Of a stretch of DNA of 64,000 bases, positions 39,438 to 49,956 are shown piece after piece (position 1 is the stretch's first letter; each line of letters starts with the position of its first letter). Under the pieces are notes generated by a model that ran no database searches, was not told the origin of the DNA, and saw nothing but the letters and a program-made list of their open reading frames with translations. The stretch is from sequence record DRR378314_1883; one strand, given 5' to 3'. The position numbers were made by a program, and so were the translations under genes.

Positions 39438-39887
39438 TCAATGGTCCATCAAATTTGCAAGGGACTCGCTATCAATTATAAATTCTGTTATGGCAAAGGC
39501 CTCCTTCCTATTGCTGCGAAACAATGTTACGAAATGTGCAACCTCCTCCTCAAGATGTTCATGCTCCCTAATTATTATGCTGGCATCGGCCTTCTTATAA
39601 TCCTCCACCATTTGACCCAATTGTGTTCTATGTCTTTGAACTTTCTCCAATAAATCCTGGCATTTATTCTTTAGGTCGAATAATCCAACTTTTAGTTCTT
39701 TTACCATATCCAAATTTTCCGGCTTGGTAATCCACATAAAATATTTGTCTATTAAATGGTGTAAAAAGCGCAGGTCGTCCTTATAAAACTCCAAATCAGA
39801 TTTCCAATGCTCCGTTAAAACATACAACTCGGACCATGGTCCGTCCTTTACATATTTGTGGTCCTTATTGCTTTCGGTATGTTCCAT
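39438..39887 (-). CDS. Conserved hypothetical helical protein
   Basis: 149-aa ORF with HWKSDLEFYKDDLRFL motif. Confidence 0.7.
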   Translation of the reverse strand: MEHTESNKDHKYVKDGPWSELYVLTEHWKSDLEFYKDDLRFLHHLIDKYFMWITKPENLDMVKELKVGLFDLKNKCQDLLEKVQRHRTQLGQMVEDYKKADASIIIREHEHLEEEVAHFVTLFRSNRKEAFAITEFIIDSESLANLMDH

Positions 39888-39944
39888 TAAATTAAATTTT
39901 AAAGATTATAGCCTAAAATTAGTTTAGTCACAGGTCTTTGGAAA

Positions 39945-39987
39945 TGACATATATCAGGTGCCTATAAGTGATGCATGACAACGGTCA
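39945..39987. promoter_or_regulatory. Two Crp/Fnr-like boxes in a divergent promoter
   Basis: TGACATATATCA (39945) and TGACAACGGTCA (39976), both TGA-N6-TCA. Confidence 0.55.
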
Positions 39988-40040
39988 TTTTGAACATGGA
40001 ATTTATGCAGTAGCTTGGGAAAAGAAATCGAAATCAGCAA

Positions 40041-40886
40041 ATGATGAAAACCATTCTCTACGCAACGGACTATTCCCAAAATTCGGTCGCTGCCTTAAAG
40101 TTGGCCTACCTAATGACGAAAAAATTTGACGCAAAATTGTTTGTAATGCACGTTTTTGATATTCCCCTAACCCTGAGTACCGTATCTATAAGCCACTTAA
40201 AAAAGGAGAAAAGATTATTGATAGAAAACAAATCCAAGCTGAAAGAGTTTTGCAAGGAACATCTGGGTGATACCTGGGAAGGTGGCGATATTAATTTTAT
40301 AGTTGAAGAAAACGTTTCGGTAGTTCAAACCATCTTGAAGAAAGCAACAGAACTTGAAATTGATCTCATTGTTTTAGGGGCCAAAGGCACAAGTGCTGTA
40401 AAGCAATTTTTTATGGGAAGTGCAACAACAGCATTGATCAAAAAGGCTCCTTGCGCTGTTTTGGCAGTACCGGTCATGTTCACCCTCGAAAATTTCCAAA
40501 GCATGGTTTATGCCACCGATTTTGAACAGGCCGACATTTTTGCCATCAATAGGCTTGTGGAAATTGCTAAGAAATTCAACTCTAAAATAAGTATTGTTCA
40601 TATATCAACCAGCGCAGAATATGCCGGTGATCAGCAGATGGAATGGTTTAAAGAAATGCTATATCAAAAAGTGACTTATGACAAAATGGAATTTGATCTG
40701 ATATTTGACGATGACATTTTTGAAGGATTAAATAGGTATTTGGAAAATGCCCATGCCAGTATGTTTGCTATGTTGGAACGAAAGGACAACTCCTTTTCCC
40801 GAAGATTCCTACAAGAAGATAAGGTAAAAAAAATGGTGTCTGCTACTACCATCCCATTAATAAGTTTCAACATTGGGGGACTATAG
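40041..40886 (+). CDS. Universal stress protein (tandem Usp domains)
   Basis: ILYATDYS, DLIVLGAKG...GS, PCAVLAVP, second YATDF. Confidence 0.92.
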   Translation: MMKTILYATDYSQNSVAALKLAYLMTKKFDAKLFVMHVFDIPLTLSTVSISHLKKEKRLLIENKSKLKEFCKEHLGDTWEGGDINFIVEENVSVVQTILKKATELEIDLIVLGAKGTSAVKQFFMGSATTALIKKAPCAVLAVPVMFTLENFQSMVYATDFEQADIFAINRLVEIAKKFNSKISIVHISTSAEYAGDQQMEWFKEMLYQKVTYDKMEFDLIFDDDIFEGLNRYLENAHASMFAMLERKDNSFSRRFLQEDKVKKMVSATTIPLISFNIGGL

Positions 40887-41147
40887 CCTGTCCTGCAGAA
40901 TACTGAACATATGAGATTCTCCTTTGCTGTGTCCTTTCAAAAATTACACGATAGACCTTATTCCTACAGCTAACGATTAAACCTTTTTATTAATCTTCTT
41001 TACCTTCTTTTTGGGTCTTACCTATGGAAACCCATGTTGAATTACTCGTAAAATTATATTGAGTTGATGAATTTGACAATTTCTGTATGGATGTTATCGG
41101 TTGCCCATTCCCATAAAATAGGGCCTCAACAATTATTTTTAATTTCT

Positions 41148-41228
41148 TATTTAAAATTATTCTAAATAGTTTTGCACAAGATAAATTTCCATTCTATTTT
41201 AGCGCCTTATTTATAACCAGTCTAATTT
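41148..41228 (+). promoter_or_regulatory. Two Fur-like boxes
   Basis: TATTTAAAATTATTCTAAATA (41148) near-palindrome and TATTTATAACCAGTCTAATTT (41208) upstream of a TonB receptor. Confidence 0.55.
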
Positions 41229-41236
41229 AAAATAAG

Positions 41237-43615
41237 ATGAGAAATTTATTTCTAATAATCAATCTGTTAATAGCCACCTCCATTTTTGCCCAAAATTATG
41301 GGACGGTTAGCGGAACTATACTTGACAGTGACAACAATCCTGTTCCTTTCGCCAATATTTTTATAGAAAACCTAAAAAAAGGTGGAATGGCCGATGAGTT
41401 TGGAAAATATACCCTAACAGAAGTACCCTATGGGGATTGGCAAATTAAAGTTAGTTCGGTAGGATTTAGGACTATAAAATTTCCCATGACCGTATTCTCT
41501 GCCAATATCGATAATCAAGTAATAAAGCTTAGTATGGACAACCCTTTGAGCGAAGTAGAAGTATTTGGCAGAAGATTGTCACATCCAGATAAAATAGAGG
41601 CCCTTACACGTCTTCCTTTGGAGCCTTACGAACAGATTCAGAGTATATCGGTCATTTCAGAGAAACTAATAACAAATCAAGGTGCACTTACCATTTCAGA
41701 AGCTACCAAAAACGTTCCCGGAGTATATACTTTTGCCACCTATGGCAACAAACGTGAGAGTATGTCCTCCCGAGGTTTTAGAGGCATCCCCATCCTAAAG
41801 AATGGGGTTAGGGTCCATTCTGATTTTAGGGGTGTAGGTATTTTGACCGATATGCAGGGAGTGGACAACATACAGGTATTAAAAGGCGCAGCTTCAATTA
41901 CCCAAGGGGTTGCCACAGATTTGGGAAGTCCGGGAGGAGTTATCAATATTGTAACCAAGACACCGATCTACCAATTTGGGGGAGCGGTTACCCAACGCTT
42001 CGGCAGTTTTGGGCAGGTAAGGCCTACCTTCGATATTTATGGCCCTATAGATGACAATCAGTCTGTAGCCTTCCGTATCAATGGTGCCTTGGAACGGGCA
42101 GATAGTTTTAGGTCTGGTGTAAGTTCCGAGCGCATCTATATCAATCCTTCCCTACAATGGAAAATAGACGATAGGACGAAGATTACCCTTGAGTTTGATC
42201 ATTTTGACGATAGCAGAACCCCCGATCTCGGAACCGTAAATCTGGCCTCCAACGATGTAAGTGCCATTTATGACCTGCCTACAGATCAATTTCTAGGATT
42301 TGCAAACGACCGTTCACTTACCAAAAATACCACCTATTCACTGAGGTTCGACAGGCAGTTGAACGATAAACTTACTGTGAAGACTGCCTTTTATAAATCC
42401 CAATTAAAATTGGACGACAAAGGTGCCAGTCTTGGAAGTGTAGTTTCCATAGATGATGTGGAGCAATACAATCTGCGCACCAGAGGCTACTCTACCTCTA
42501 CCCGAAACGATGATAATGGTGTTTTACAGATTGATCTAATTGGTGATGATGTTAAAACTGGAAGCATCAATCATACCTTTCAGGTGGGGTTCGACTATAG
42601 GACTTCAAAATATAGTACAAGTAGTCAATCCCTTAGCGCCTTGGACACCATCAATGTTTTTGAGAGCAATTCCAATACTTTGCCCAATGTAACACTCAAT
42701 AGTGGGAATCCTGGAGGTGCAGAAAGCAAATCCCTGGGCCTTGTGGCACAGGACGTGGTTTCCTGGACAGAATGGTTCAAAACATTTTTGGGAATCAGAT
42801 ATAGTACAACGGAAACCATTACGGATACAGAAAATGATAAAAGTGACGCCTTTAGCCCACTGGGAGGAATCATAGTTCATCCCTTCAAAAATATTAACGT
42901 TTTTGCCTCCTACACCAATAGTGCCTATCCAAGAACTGCTGCACGGCTAAGTGTCAATGGCGAAGCTCTGGGGAATGAACGATATGACCAATTGGAAGCT
43001 GGTGTAAAAACGAGTTGGCTTGCCGACCGTCTGCGATTTAACCTGACCCTTTTTAAAATCAACAATAAGAATATTAACTTACCTGTATACGACGAGAACT
43101 GGGTAGCTACGGGCTATTACCAAAAAGGTGGCAACGACCAAAGACAGGGAGTTGAGGTGGAACTTACCGGGCGTATACTGGAAAATTTGACCGCAGTTGC
43201 CGGTTATTCCTACATTGATGCACAGTACAAGGAACACACCTCTTTTGTTTATGGTTCGGCACCACTTAACACCCCTAAACACACTGCGAATGTATATCTG
43301 GACTATAAATTTCAAGGTCCGCTCCAAGGACTTTCATTAGGAGGCGGTGTTTACTACACTGGAGAAAGGCCTATCAACGATTGGTCGTCCGGGGCAGTTA
43401 CCCATCAGGGAATAGTTCCCAACGAAAAACCATTCAATGTAGAGGCTTATACATTGACCAATCTTCAGGCAGGATTTAAGTTCAACCATCATTGGGATGT
43501 TAGGCTAATGGTAAACAATGTTTTTGACCAAATTGGTTACAACGCCTATCGTACCAGCTATATTAACCAGACCGACCCTAGATCCTTTGCTGGAATATTA
43601 CGATATACACTTTAA
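41237..43615 (+). CDS. TonB-dependent siderophore receptor
   Basis: Signal peptide, carboxypeptidase-regulatory-like N domain, plug (QVLKGA...PGGVINIVTK), barrel ending NNVFD...PRSF..LRYTL. Confidence 0.93.
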   Translation: MRNLFLIINLLIATSIFAQNYGTVSGTILDSDNNPVPFANIFIENLKKGGMADEFGKYTLTEVPYGDWQIKVSSVGFRTIKFPMTVFSANIDNQVIKLSMDNPLSEVEVFGRRLSHPDKIEALTRLPLEPYEQIQSISVISEKLITNQGALTISEATKNVPGVYTFATYGNKRESMSSRGFRGIPILKNGVRVHSDFRGVGILTDMQGVDNIQVLKGAASITQGVATDLGSPGGVINIVTKTPIYQFGGAVTQRFGSFGQVRPTFDIYGPIDDNQSVAFRINGALERADSFRSGVSSERIYINPSLQWKIDDRTKITLEFDHFDDSRTPDLGTVNLASNDVSAIYDLPTDQFLGFANDRSLTKNTTYSLRFDRQLNDKLTVKTAFYKSQLKLDDKGASLGSVVSIDDVEQYNLRTRGYSTSTRNDDNGVLQIDLIGDDVKTGSINHTFQVGFDYRTSKYSTSSQSLSALDTINVFESNSNTLPNVTLNSGNPGGAESKSLGLVAQDVVSWTEWFKTFLGIRYSTTETITDTENDKSDAFSPLGGIIVHPFKNINVFASYTNSAYPRTAARLSVNGEALGNERYDQLEAGVKTSWLADRLRFNLTLFKINNKNINLPVYDENWVATGYYQKGGNDQRQGVEVELTGRILENLTAVAGYSYIDAQYKEHTSFVYGSAPLNTPKHTANVYLDYKFQGPLQGLSLGGGVYYTGERPINDWSSGAVTHQGIVPNEKPFNVEAYTLTNLQAGFKFNHHWDVRLMVNNVFDQIGYNAYRTSYINQTDPRSFAGILRYTL

Positions 43616-43636
43616 TAGTTAAAAAATAGCCCGAAC

Positions 43637-44791
43637 ATGTCCAAAAAAACTAAAAAATATACCTTCAGAAAATTTATAAACGATGCGCATCTTTGGTTGG
43701 GAATAGGCAGTGGAATTATTTTATTCCTTGTCTGTTTAAGTGGCACGGTATTAACTTTTGAGGAGGAAATAAAGACGCTCTTTGCCAAAGAATTTGTAGT
43801 TGCCGATGCAACGGGAAGCCCTCTTTCCATGAAGGAACTGACGGAATCTTTGTCCAACGAAGGAATCGTTACCAATGTTACCATCCCTGCAAAAACGAAA
43901 GAAGCCTTTAAATTTAGTATAAAAACCTCGCCCAAGGAAAGAAGGGGCACCACCTTTTTCGTTGACCCATATTCCGGGAAATACCAAAAAGTTCAAAAAT
44001 CCAATTTGGACGGATTCTTTATGACCATGTTTAAAATGCACAGGTGGTTATTGTTGGAAACCGAAGTAGGAAGACCTATCGTAGGCATTGCCACCCTTAT
44101 CTTTCTGTTCTTGGCGGTAAGTGGAATTATCTTGTGGTTTCCCAAAAGGATGAAGTGGAAGAATTTTAAGCCAGGCTTCAAAATTAAGTTCAATGCAAAC
44201 TGGAAGCGGATAAACCATGACCTACATAACACACTTGGATTTTATGCGTGTATCTTTTTGGTCATCATGTCGCTAACCGGGCTATTTTGGTCCTTTGAAT
44301 GGTATCGCGACGCTGGCAGCAAGGTATTGGGCACCAAGGTTTTCGGAAATCGCGGTGGTGGTCCACAGTTTGAATCGGCACTAGAGCCCGGTAGCTCGCA
44401 AAAAACCTTTGAGGAGATACTACAGCTTACCTCAGCGGAGTTGGCCTATGAAGGTGAGACCACTATTACCATACCGGCTAAGGACAATGAGGTCTACACC
44501 ATTACCAAAAACAATAATTCCAGATTTTCACCTGTCATAACCGACAAGCTTATATTGGATAGGGATGGAACCCTTCTACATAAAGAACTTTTTGCCAATA
44601 AGCCATTGAATGTTCAGATAGCCTCTTTGATCAAGCCCATACACATGGGTACCATATACGGCACCTTTTCTAAAATTATTTACTTTCTTGCCTGCCTAAT
44701 TGCCACTAGTTTGCCCATTACAGGAACCCTTATCTGGATCAACAAACTAAAAACCAAAAAGGCTAAAAAGAAGCAGCCTGCATTTGTCTAA
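43637..44791 (+). CDS. PepSY-associated TM helix protein
   Basis: HLWLG, MHRWLL, SGIILWFP, HNTLG, PIHMG, ITG motifs. Confidence 0.92.
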   Translation: MSKKTKKYTFRKFINDAHLWLGIGSGIILFLVCLSGTVLTFEEEIKTLFAKEFVVADATGSPLSMKELTESLSNEGIVTNVTIPAKTKEAFKFSIKTSPKERRGTTFFVDPYSGKYQKVQKSNLDGFFMTMFKMHRWLLLETEVGRPIVGIATLIFLFLAVSGIILWFPKRMKWKNFKPGFKIKFNANWKRINHDLHNTLGFYACIFLVIMSLTGLFWSFEWYRDAGSKVLGTKVFGNRGGGPQFESALEPGSSQKTFEEILQLTSAELAYEGETTITIPAKDNEVYTITKNNNSRFSPVITDKLILDRDGTLLHKELFANKPLNVQIASLIKPIHMGTIYGTFSKIIYFLACLIATSLPITGTLIWINKLKTKKAKKKQPAFV

Positions 44792-44837
44792 ACCCCATTG
44801 TATATGGTTACAACATCTTTAAGTTATCATAGGGCCT

Positions 44838-46145
44838 TTAGTGGCCCTTTTCTTTTCCGCCACTCCAACGCAGTATAAGATATCCGACCAAACCTGAACC
44901 AACAGACCCAATTAAAATACCAACTTTGGCGGAATCAATAAATATTACATTGCTTGCAAACGCCAAATTGGCTATAAAAATGGACATGGTAAAACCTACT
45001 CCTGCCAAAATAGCTATTCCCGAAATCTGGAGGAAATTAATGTCCTCTGGCAATACAGCAATCTTTAATTTAATCCCTATCCAGGATAATAATGTAACAC
45101 CAACCAATTTCCCCAAAAACAAGGCTATAGCGATATTCATCATCAATGAAGTATTCAATTCCATATTAGTTCCAAATACAACTCCTGCATTGGCCAAGGC
45201 AAAAATGGGCATAATAAAATAGGCCACCCAACCATGAAGTCGATGCTCCAATTTTTGTAGGGGCGATGTAAATTTATCGGTCAAATCCTCCAGATCGTCC
45301 ATATGCCCTATTTGTTCATTGGATAGTACAGGAACATTCTCGTTATTGGATTGGGCAATACCGGTCATGATTTTGGATAAATTCTCCTTAAAATACTGCA
45401 TATCTATCTTTTGCCGAATTGGCACGGTAAAGGCAACGAGTACACCCGCTATAGTTGGATGTATACCCGACTTTAAAAAAAGCACCCAAATTATGACCCC
45501 AAGAATTACTGTCCAGTACTTGGAATAGACCCCCTTAAACCCTAGAAAAGAGAGTATTAGCAATGGAATTAATGCATATAAAATTAATAGCCAATCTACC
45601 CCTCCGCTATAAAAAATGGCAATGACCATTACGGCTCCCAAATCGTCTACTATGGCGAATGCAGTAAGAAATATTTTAAGGCTTAGGGGAACTCTATCCC
45701 CTAATAGTTTCAAAATTGCCAAGGAAAAAGCAATATCAGTTGCCATAGGAATACCCCAGCCTTGGGCCGTTTGGGGAGAGTCATTTAAGAAAAGAAATAA
45801 CAACAAAGGAAAGATCATTCCCCCGATTGCGGCGAACAAGGGAAACATTGCTTTTCGAAGTCCGTTAAGTTCCCCTATCAGAAGCTCCCTTTTAATTTCC
45901 AATCCGATCAGAAAGAAAAATAAAGCCATGAGGCCGTCGTTGATCCATAGAATAAGCGGTTTTGTAAGCTGAAAAGTTTCAGAGCCGACACCAATTTTAT
46001 ACTGCCATAAGGAATTGTAGGAATCACTAAACCCGGAATTTGCCCAAATCATGGCAATGAGTGTAGCACTAAATAATAGGATACCACTTAAACTCTCTAT
46101 TTTTACGAATTTCTGAAAGGGTGTAAGAATAATTCTTTTGATCAT
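44838..46145 (-). CDS. nhaA: Na+/H+ antiporter NhaA
   Basis: WINDGLM, GLEIKRE, ATDIAF, AIVDDLG, GVGFTMSIF; start set at MIKR (46145). Confidence 0.95.
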   Translation of the reverse strand: MIKRIILTPFQKFVKIESLSGILLFSATLIAMIWANSGFSDSYNSLWQYKIGVGSETFQLTKPLILWINDGLMALFFFLIGLEIKRELLIGELNGLRKAMFPLFAAIGGMIFPLLLFLFLNDSPQTAQGWGIPMATDIAFSLAILKLLGDRVPLSLKIFLTAFAIVDDLGAVMVIAIFYSGGVDWLLILYALIPLLILSFLGFKGVYSKYWTVILGVIIWVLFLKSGIHPTIAGVLVAFTVPIRQKIDMQYFKENLSKIMTGIAQSNNENVPVLSNEQIGHMDDLEDLTDKFTSPLQKLEHRLHGWVAYFIMPIFALANAGVVFGTNMELNTSLMMNIAIALFLGKLVGVTLLSWIGIKLKIAVLPEDINFLQISGIAILAGVGFTMSIFIANLAFASNVIFIDSAKVGILIGSVGSGLVGYLILRWSGGKEKGH

Positions 46146-46375
46146 AAAATTTAAATGTAAGTGAACAAAAAGGTCATAAATGTAAAAATACATAAATGCT
46201 TTAAATAGCAATGGAAAGGCTATTATTCATAGATTTTGATTTAAAAAGAATTTGTGCTCTTTATTACTAAGGATCAATTCCATAGGAAGCCGATAAGTAT
46301 AAATTAGGCAGCTATCCATTCCCAATTTTTACAATTTAATTAACAAACAGTAACTAATAACCTTCTATGAATCTT

Positions 46376-48610
46376 CTAATCAAACTCGATTTTTGAGACC
46401 AGCCTTAACATTTTTCCACTTAAGGAAAATAGCCAGTGCAATTGTTCTGTAACCAAGTGGGCTTCCTGAAGTTCGCGCTCCAATTTTAAGTCTACCCTAG
46501 AGGAAAGTTCAATATTCTTGGGTACAAAGGAGGGAAGCTGTTCCTTGGCGAACTGATTGTTTTGGGAATCAATGGGTGCCTGGTCCGATTTTGAATTCTC
46601 TAAGGCCTGAAGTACCTGCTCCAAATTTTCATCAATTTCAGAAATAAAATTTTTAAATTTTAACGAAGCCTCAGTAGTAGGATTGTTCTGGATAAAAGTA
46701 CTGAATGACGCCAAAGACGAAAGAAAGGTATGGTTAAGCACAACCAGTTCATATATTTTATCCAGATTTTTCTGTTTGGACACAGGTTCTTGGGCCATTC
46801 TCTGAAAGGCCGAACTAAGGTTGGAAGTTTCTACGAAAGCCTCCTTTCGGGATACCTTATAAGTGGTAGTCACCTTACCCTTTTGTTCGTAATAACGGGC
46901 AATTTGGGCAAGAAATGCTCTATTGGCCTTAACGCTATTTTTTATTTGCTCTCGGATCTCCATAAATCCCCAAGCCGGCAAAATCCATAACATGGCCACA
47001 AAAGACAGACCTGCTCCAATAAGCGTATCCAATACTCTGTACTGTATAACGGTAATCACATCTGGACGAATAATGGCGTAAACAAATACTACTGTAAGTG
47101 TTATGAATGTTGCCCCTGCCCTATAATTCTTCTGGACCATTGAAAAGGCAATAACCAATGACACCACTCCCAAAGCTCCAAACATATAGGGGTTCTGTAT
47201 TAGAAATACAAAACCGGTTGCAATAGCGCCTCCTATAAGCGTTCCAATAATTCTATCTTTTGTACGGGATTTGGTAAGGCCATAACTGGGCCGCATTATA
47301 ACGATAATGGTTAAGAGTATCCAATAAGGGTTCTGAAAATCAAAAAAGTTACCTAGGGCATACCCGATCATTACTGTCACTGACAGCCTTAACGAATGTT
47401 TAAATATGGCAGACCTAAAACTAAAGTTGCTCAGCAATAGTTTGGGATCGTAATCTTGGGCAACTATAAAACGTTTGGCAGCAGCCTGGTCTACCAAATC
47501 CACCGAGCCCATATCAGGATTCCCTAGAAGCCATTTTATCTTTTTGAGCTTTTCAAATTGTTTTTCAAGATATTGTAAAAGGTTTTGAAGCATTAGGAAT
47601 CTCTCATAATCTTCAGTGCCCGTTTCCTTCCTGAAGCTGGCTATTTCGTGTTCCACCTTACCAAAATATTGCACCAATTTGGAATTTTTGGGAAACTTGC
47701 TTTGGTCGGTTCCTGCCTCGGCGATTATCCTTAATTGACCTGCCATTTCAAATATTAGATTCTGAAAGCTCTCTATAAACTCGGGGTGGTCTCCAAAAAG
47801 AGCATCCATTTTGTCATAATTGACCGGATTTGCTATAGCGGTTTCAAGCATGTCTATTAATTCAACAAAAATCAACAGTCTTTTGGCCTGATAACTTGAC
47901 CTTCCTGAACTTTTCCTTGAAAGCAGTAAAATTTCCCTTAGGGTTTCATGATGTTCAATTAACTTACTCTGAATCTCATATAATTTGGACTGCAATTCCA
48001 ATCGATCCATCTTCGGACCTACCAATTTAGCCCGAGTTTCCAGAAATTCCGCGGTGAGCCTATAAGTCTCCCAAAAAAGCTCTTCGGTCTGCGCTTTGGG
48101 ATTTATACGATACCAAAGTACGGCCAATAGCAAATACCATAGTCCACCCGCACCTATTAAAAGTGCGTATTCATAAATTTCCAATTCCTGCGATTCATGG
48201 GCGAAACTCAATACCAGGGCCAGCAAGCCGGAAAAACTGATTAGGGAAGCCCTAAAACCATAAACCGAAATAAAGGCGATTGCAAAAGTTAGAAGCCCCA
48301 AAACAGGAATCAACAACCACGTTTCGAACTTGAGATAGCCCCCAATAAAACTAACCAACATTACCAGCAGCGCAGAAAATAGGATCCCAAACTTCTTATG
48401 ACGAAAATTGCCACTCACATCACTGGGCGAACTCCAAAAGGCCCCAAAGCAAAGCGCAAGTCCAATTTCTAAATGTCCCCATCTGATGGAAAGTAAAATA
48501 GGTACCGTAACCGCAATGGCAATCAGAATGGCCTTAGAGAAATTGGTACTTTTCAAAAAGTGCAGCAGTTCCCTAAAATTATTGAAAATGATTTGGCTGT
48601 ATGATTTCAA
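46376..48610 (-). CDS. FUSC family (YccS/YhfK-like) membrane protein
   Basis: Two TM blocks; FKHSLRL, YWILLT, RIIGTLIG, RVLDTLIG. Confidence 0.88.
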   Translation of the reverse strand: MKSYSQIIFNNFRELLHFLKSTNFSKAILIAIAVTVPILLSIRWGHLEIGLALCFGAFWSSPSDVSGNFRHKKFGILFSALLVMLVSFIGGYLKFETWLLIPVLGLLTFAIAFISVYGFRASLISFSGLLALVLSFAHESQELEIYEYALLIGAGGLWYLLLAVLWYRINPKAQTEELFWETYRLTAEFLETRAKLVGPKMDRLELQSKLYEIQSKLIEHHETLREILLLSRKSSGRSSYQAKRLLIFVELIDMLETAIANPVNYDKMDALFGDHPEFIESFQNLIFEMAGQLRIIAEAGTDQSKFPKNSKLVQYFGKVEHEIASFRKETGTEDYERFLMLQNLLQYLEKQFEKLKKIKWLLGNPDMGSVDLVDQAAAKRFIVAQDYDPKLLLSNFSFRSAIFKHSLRLSVTVMIGYALGNFFDFQNPYWILLTIIVIMRPSYGLTKSRTKDRIIGTLIGGAIATGFVFLIQNPYMFGALGVVSLVIAFSMVQKNYRAGATFITLTVVFVYAIIRPDVITVIQYRVLDTLIGAGLSFVAMLWILPAWGFMEIREQIKNSVKANRAFLAQIARYYEQKGKVTTTYKVSRKEAFVETSNLSSAFQRMAQEPVSKQKNLDKIYELVVLNHTFLSSLASFSTFIQNNPTTEASLKFKNFISEIDENLEQVLQALENSKSDQAPIDSQNNQFAKEQLPSFVPKNIELSSRVDLKLERELQEAHLVTEQLHWLFSLSGKMLRLVSKIEFD

Positions 48611-48810
48611 TACATAATTGTTCAGCCATAAAGATACGATTTGCCATGGCTAAGGCAAATAGTGGAATATTCTGTTTTCGGGAAATATTGTTTAAGAAAA
48701 AAACTGGCCGAAGATGGAATCACATGAACAGACCCATAAATTAAACCTTTGTATAAACTTTGAAATAAAATATAAAAATGATATTTTTGTTTAACCTTTT
48801 TTAAAAATTA

Positions 48811-49710
48811 ATGAACAACGTTAAGAGTAATTTTAGCATTAAAGACCTTGAGAATCTTTCTGGTATTAAGGCCCATACCATTAGAATATGGGAAAAGCGA
48901 TACAATCTTTTTCAGCCCAACAGAACGGACACCAACATAAGATGTTATGATTTAGAGAACCTACAAAAACTTCTTAACGTTACCTTTCTCTACAATAACG
49001 GTTATAAGATTTCAAAGATTTCGCAGCTAGGAGAAGATAATATACCTAAGGTTGTAAAAAATATGGTTGCGGAACAGAGGGACAACGGACATGTGCTAAA
49101 TTCCTTTAAAATGTCCATGATGAACTTTGATCAGGCACTATTTTTTAAAACATACAATGCACTTTTAAAGGAGAAATCATTTAGGGAAATTTTCTATGAA
49201 GATTTTATCCCTTTTTTAAACGAAGTCGGATTGCTTTGGCAGACCGATACCATTACGCCCTCCCATGAACATTTTATCTGCGCCCTGATCAAACAAAAGA
49301 TTTTGGTAAATACAGAAAAGTTGCAATTCAGTGCACCTACCAATGCCTCCAAAACCTTTGTGCTGTATCTTCCGGACAACGAAATACACGAATTGGGACT
49401 GATGTTCCTAAATTATGAAATCCTATCAAAAGGCTATCAATCCATTTTTCTTGGACAAAGCATTCCTATATTTAGTTTAAAGGATTTGGTTCCATTATAT
49501 GATAATATTGTCTTCGTTTCCTATTTTACGGTACAACCCGAAAAGGAAAACATTATGGCATATCTAAATGAATTTCATGAAATGTTACTTAAAGACACTG
49601 CTTCCGAGCTTTGGATATCGGGAAAAATGCTCCAAGAAATAAATAAAAGCAATTTGCCCAAAACTATTGTTGCCTTTTCCCAGATAGATCAATTGGTGCA
49701 AAATCTTTGA
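48811..49710 (+). CDS. MerR-family regulator with cobalamin-binding domain (CarH/LitR-like)
   Basis: MerR HTH (HTIRIWEKRY), W-x9-EH (WQTDTITPSHEH), ExHxxG (EIHELG). Confidence 0.9.
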   Translation: MNNVKSNFSIKDLENLSGIKAHTIRIWEKRYNLFQPNRTDTNIRCYDLENLQKLLNVTFLYNNGYKISKISQLGEDNIPKVVKNMVAEQRDNGHVLNSFKMSMMNFDQALFFKTYNALLKEKSFREIFYEDFIPFLNEVGLLWQTDTITPSHEHFICALIKQKILVNTEKLQFSAPTNASKTFVLYLPDNEIHELGLMFLNYEILSKGYQSIFLGQSIPIFSLKDLVPLYDNIVFVSYFTVQPEKENIMAYLNEFHEMLLKDTASELWISGKMLQEINKSNLPKTIVAFSQIDQLVQNL

Positions 49711-49895
49711 CGACCCAAAATAGATATAAATTTGGAATCTTACCGCTAAGGAAGAAATCCTTGCAACCCTAATTTACCACCTAGGTTGTTAACCCGCTAT
49801 TCTGGATGGCAGCCCTTTTTTTGAGTTCTAAAAATTCTATGCAATGCCCTTTAAAGGCTTTTTAAGCTTCAACTCCCTAAAATCAAGTTAAATTT

Positions 49896-49925
49896 TGTTT
49901 AATATTTAATTAAAAAGGTTAAACA
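49896..49925. promoter_or_regulatory. TGTTTAA-N16-TTAAACA operator, copy 1
   Basis: Same arms and spacing recur at 53456-53485, and degenerate at 48788-48817. Confidence 0.7.
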
Positions 49926-49956
49926 TTTTGTATCTTGTACCCTACAACAGAAAATC

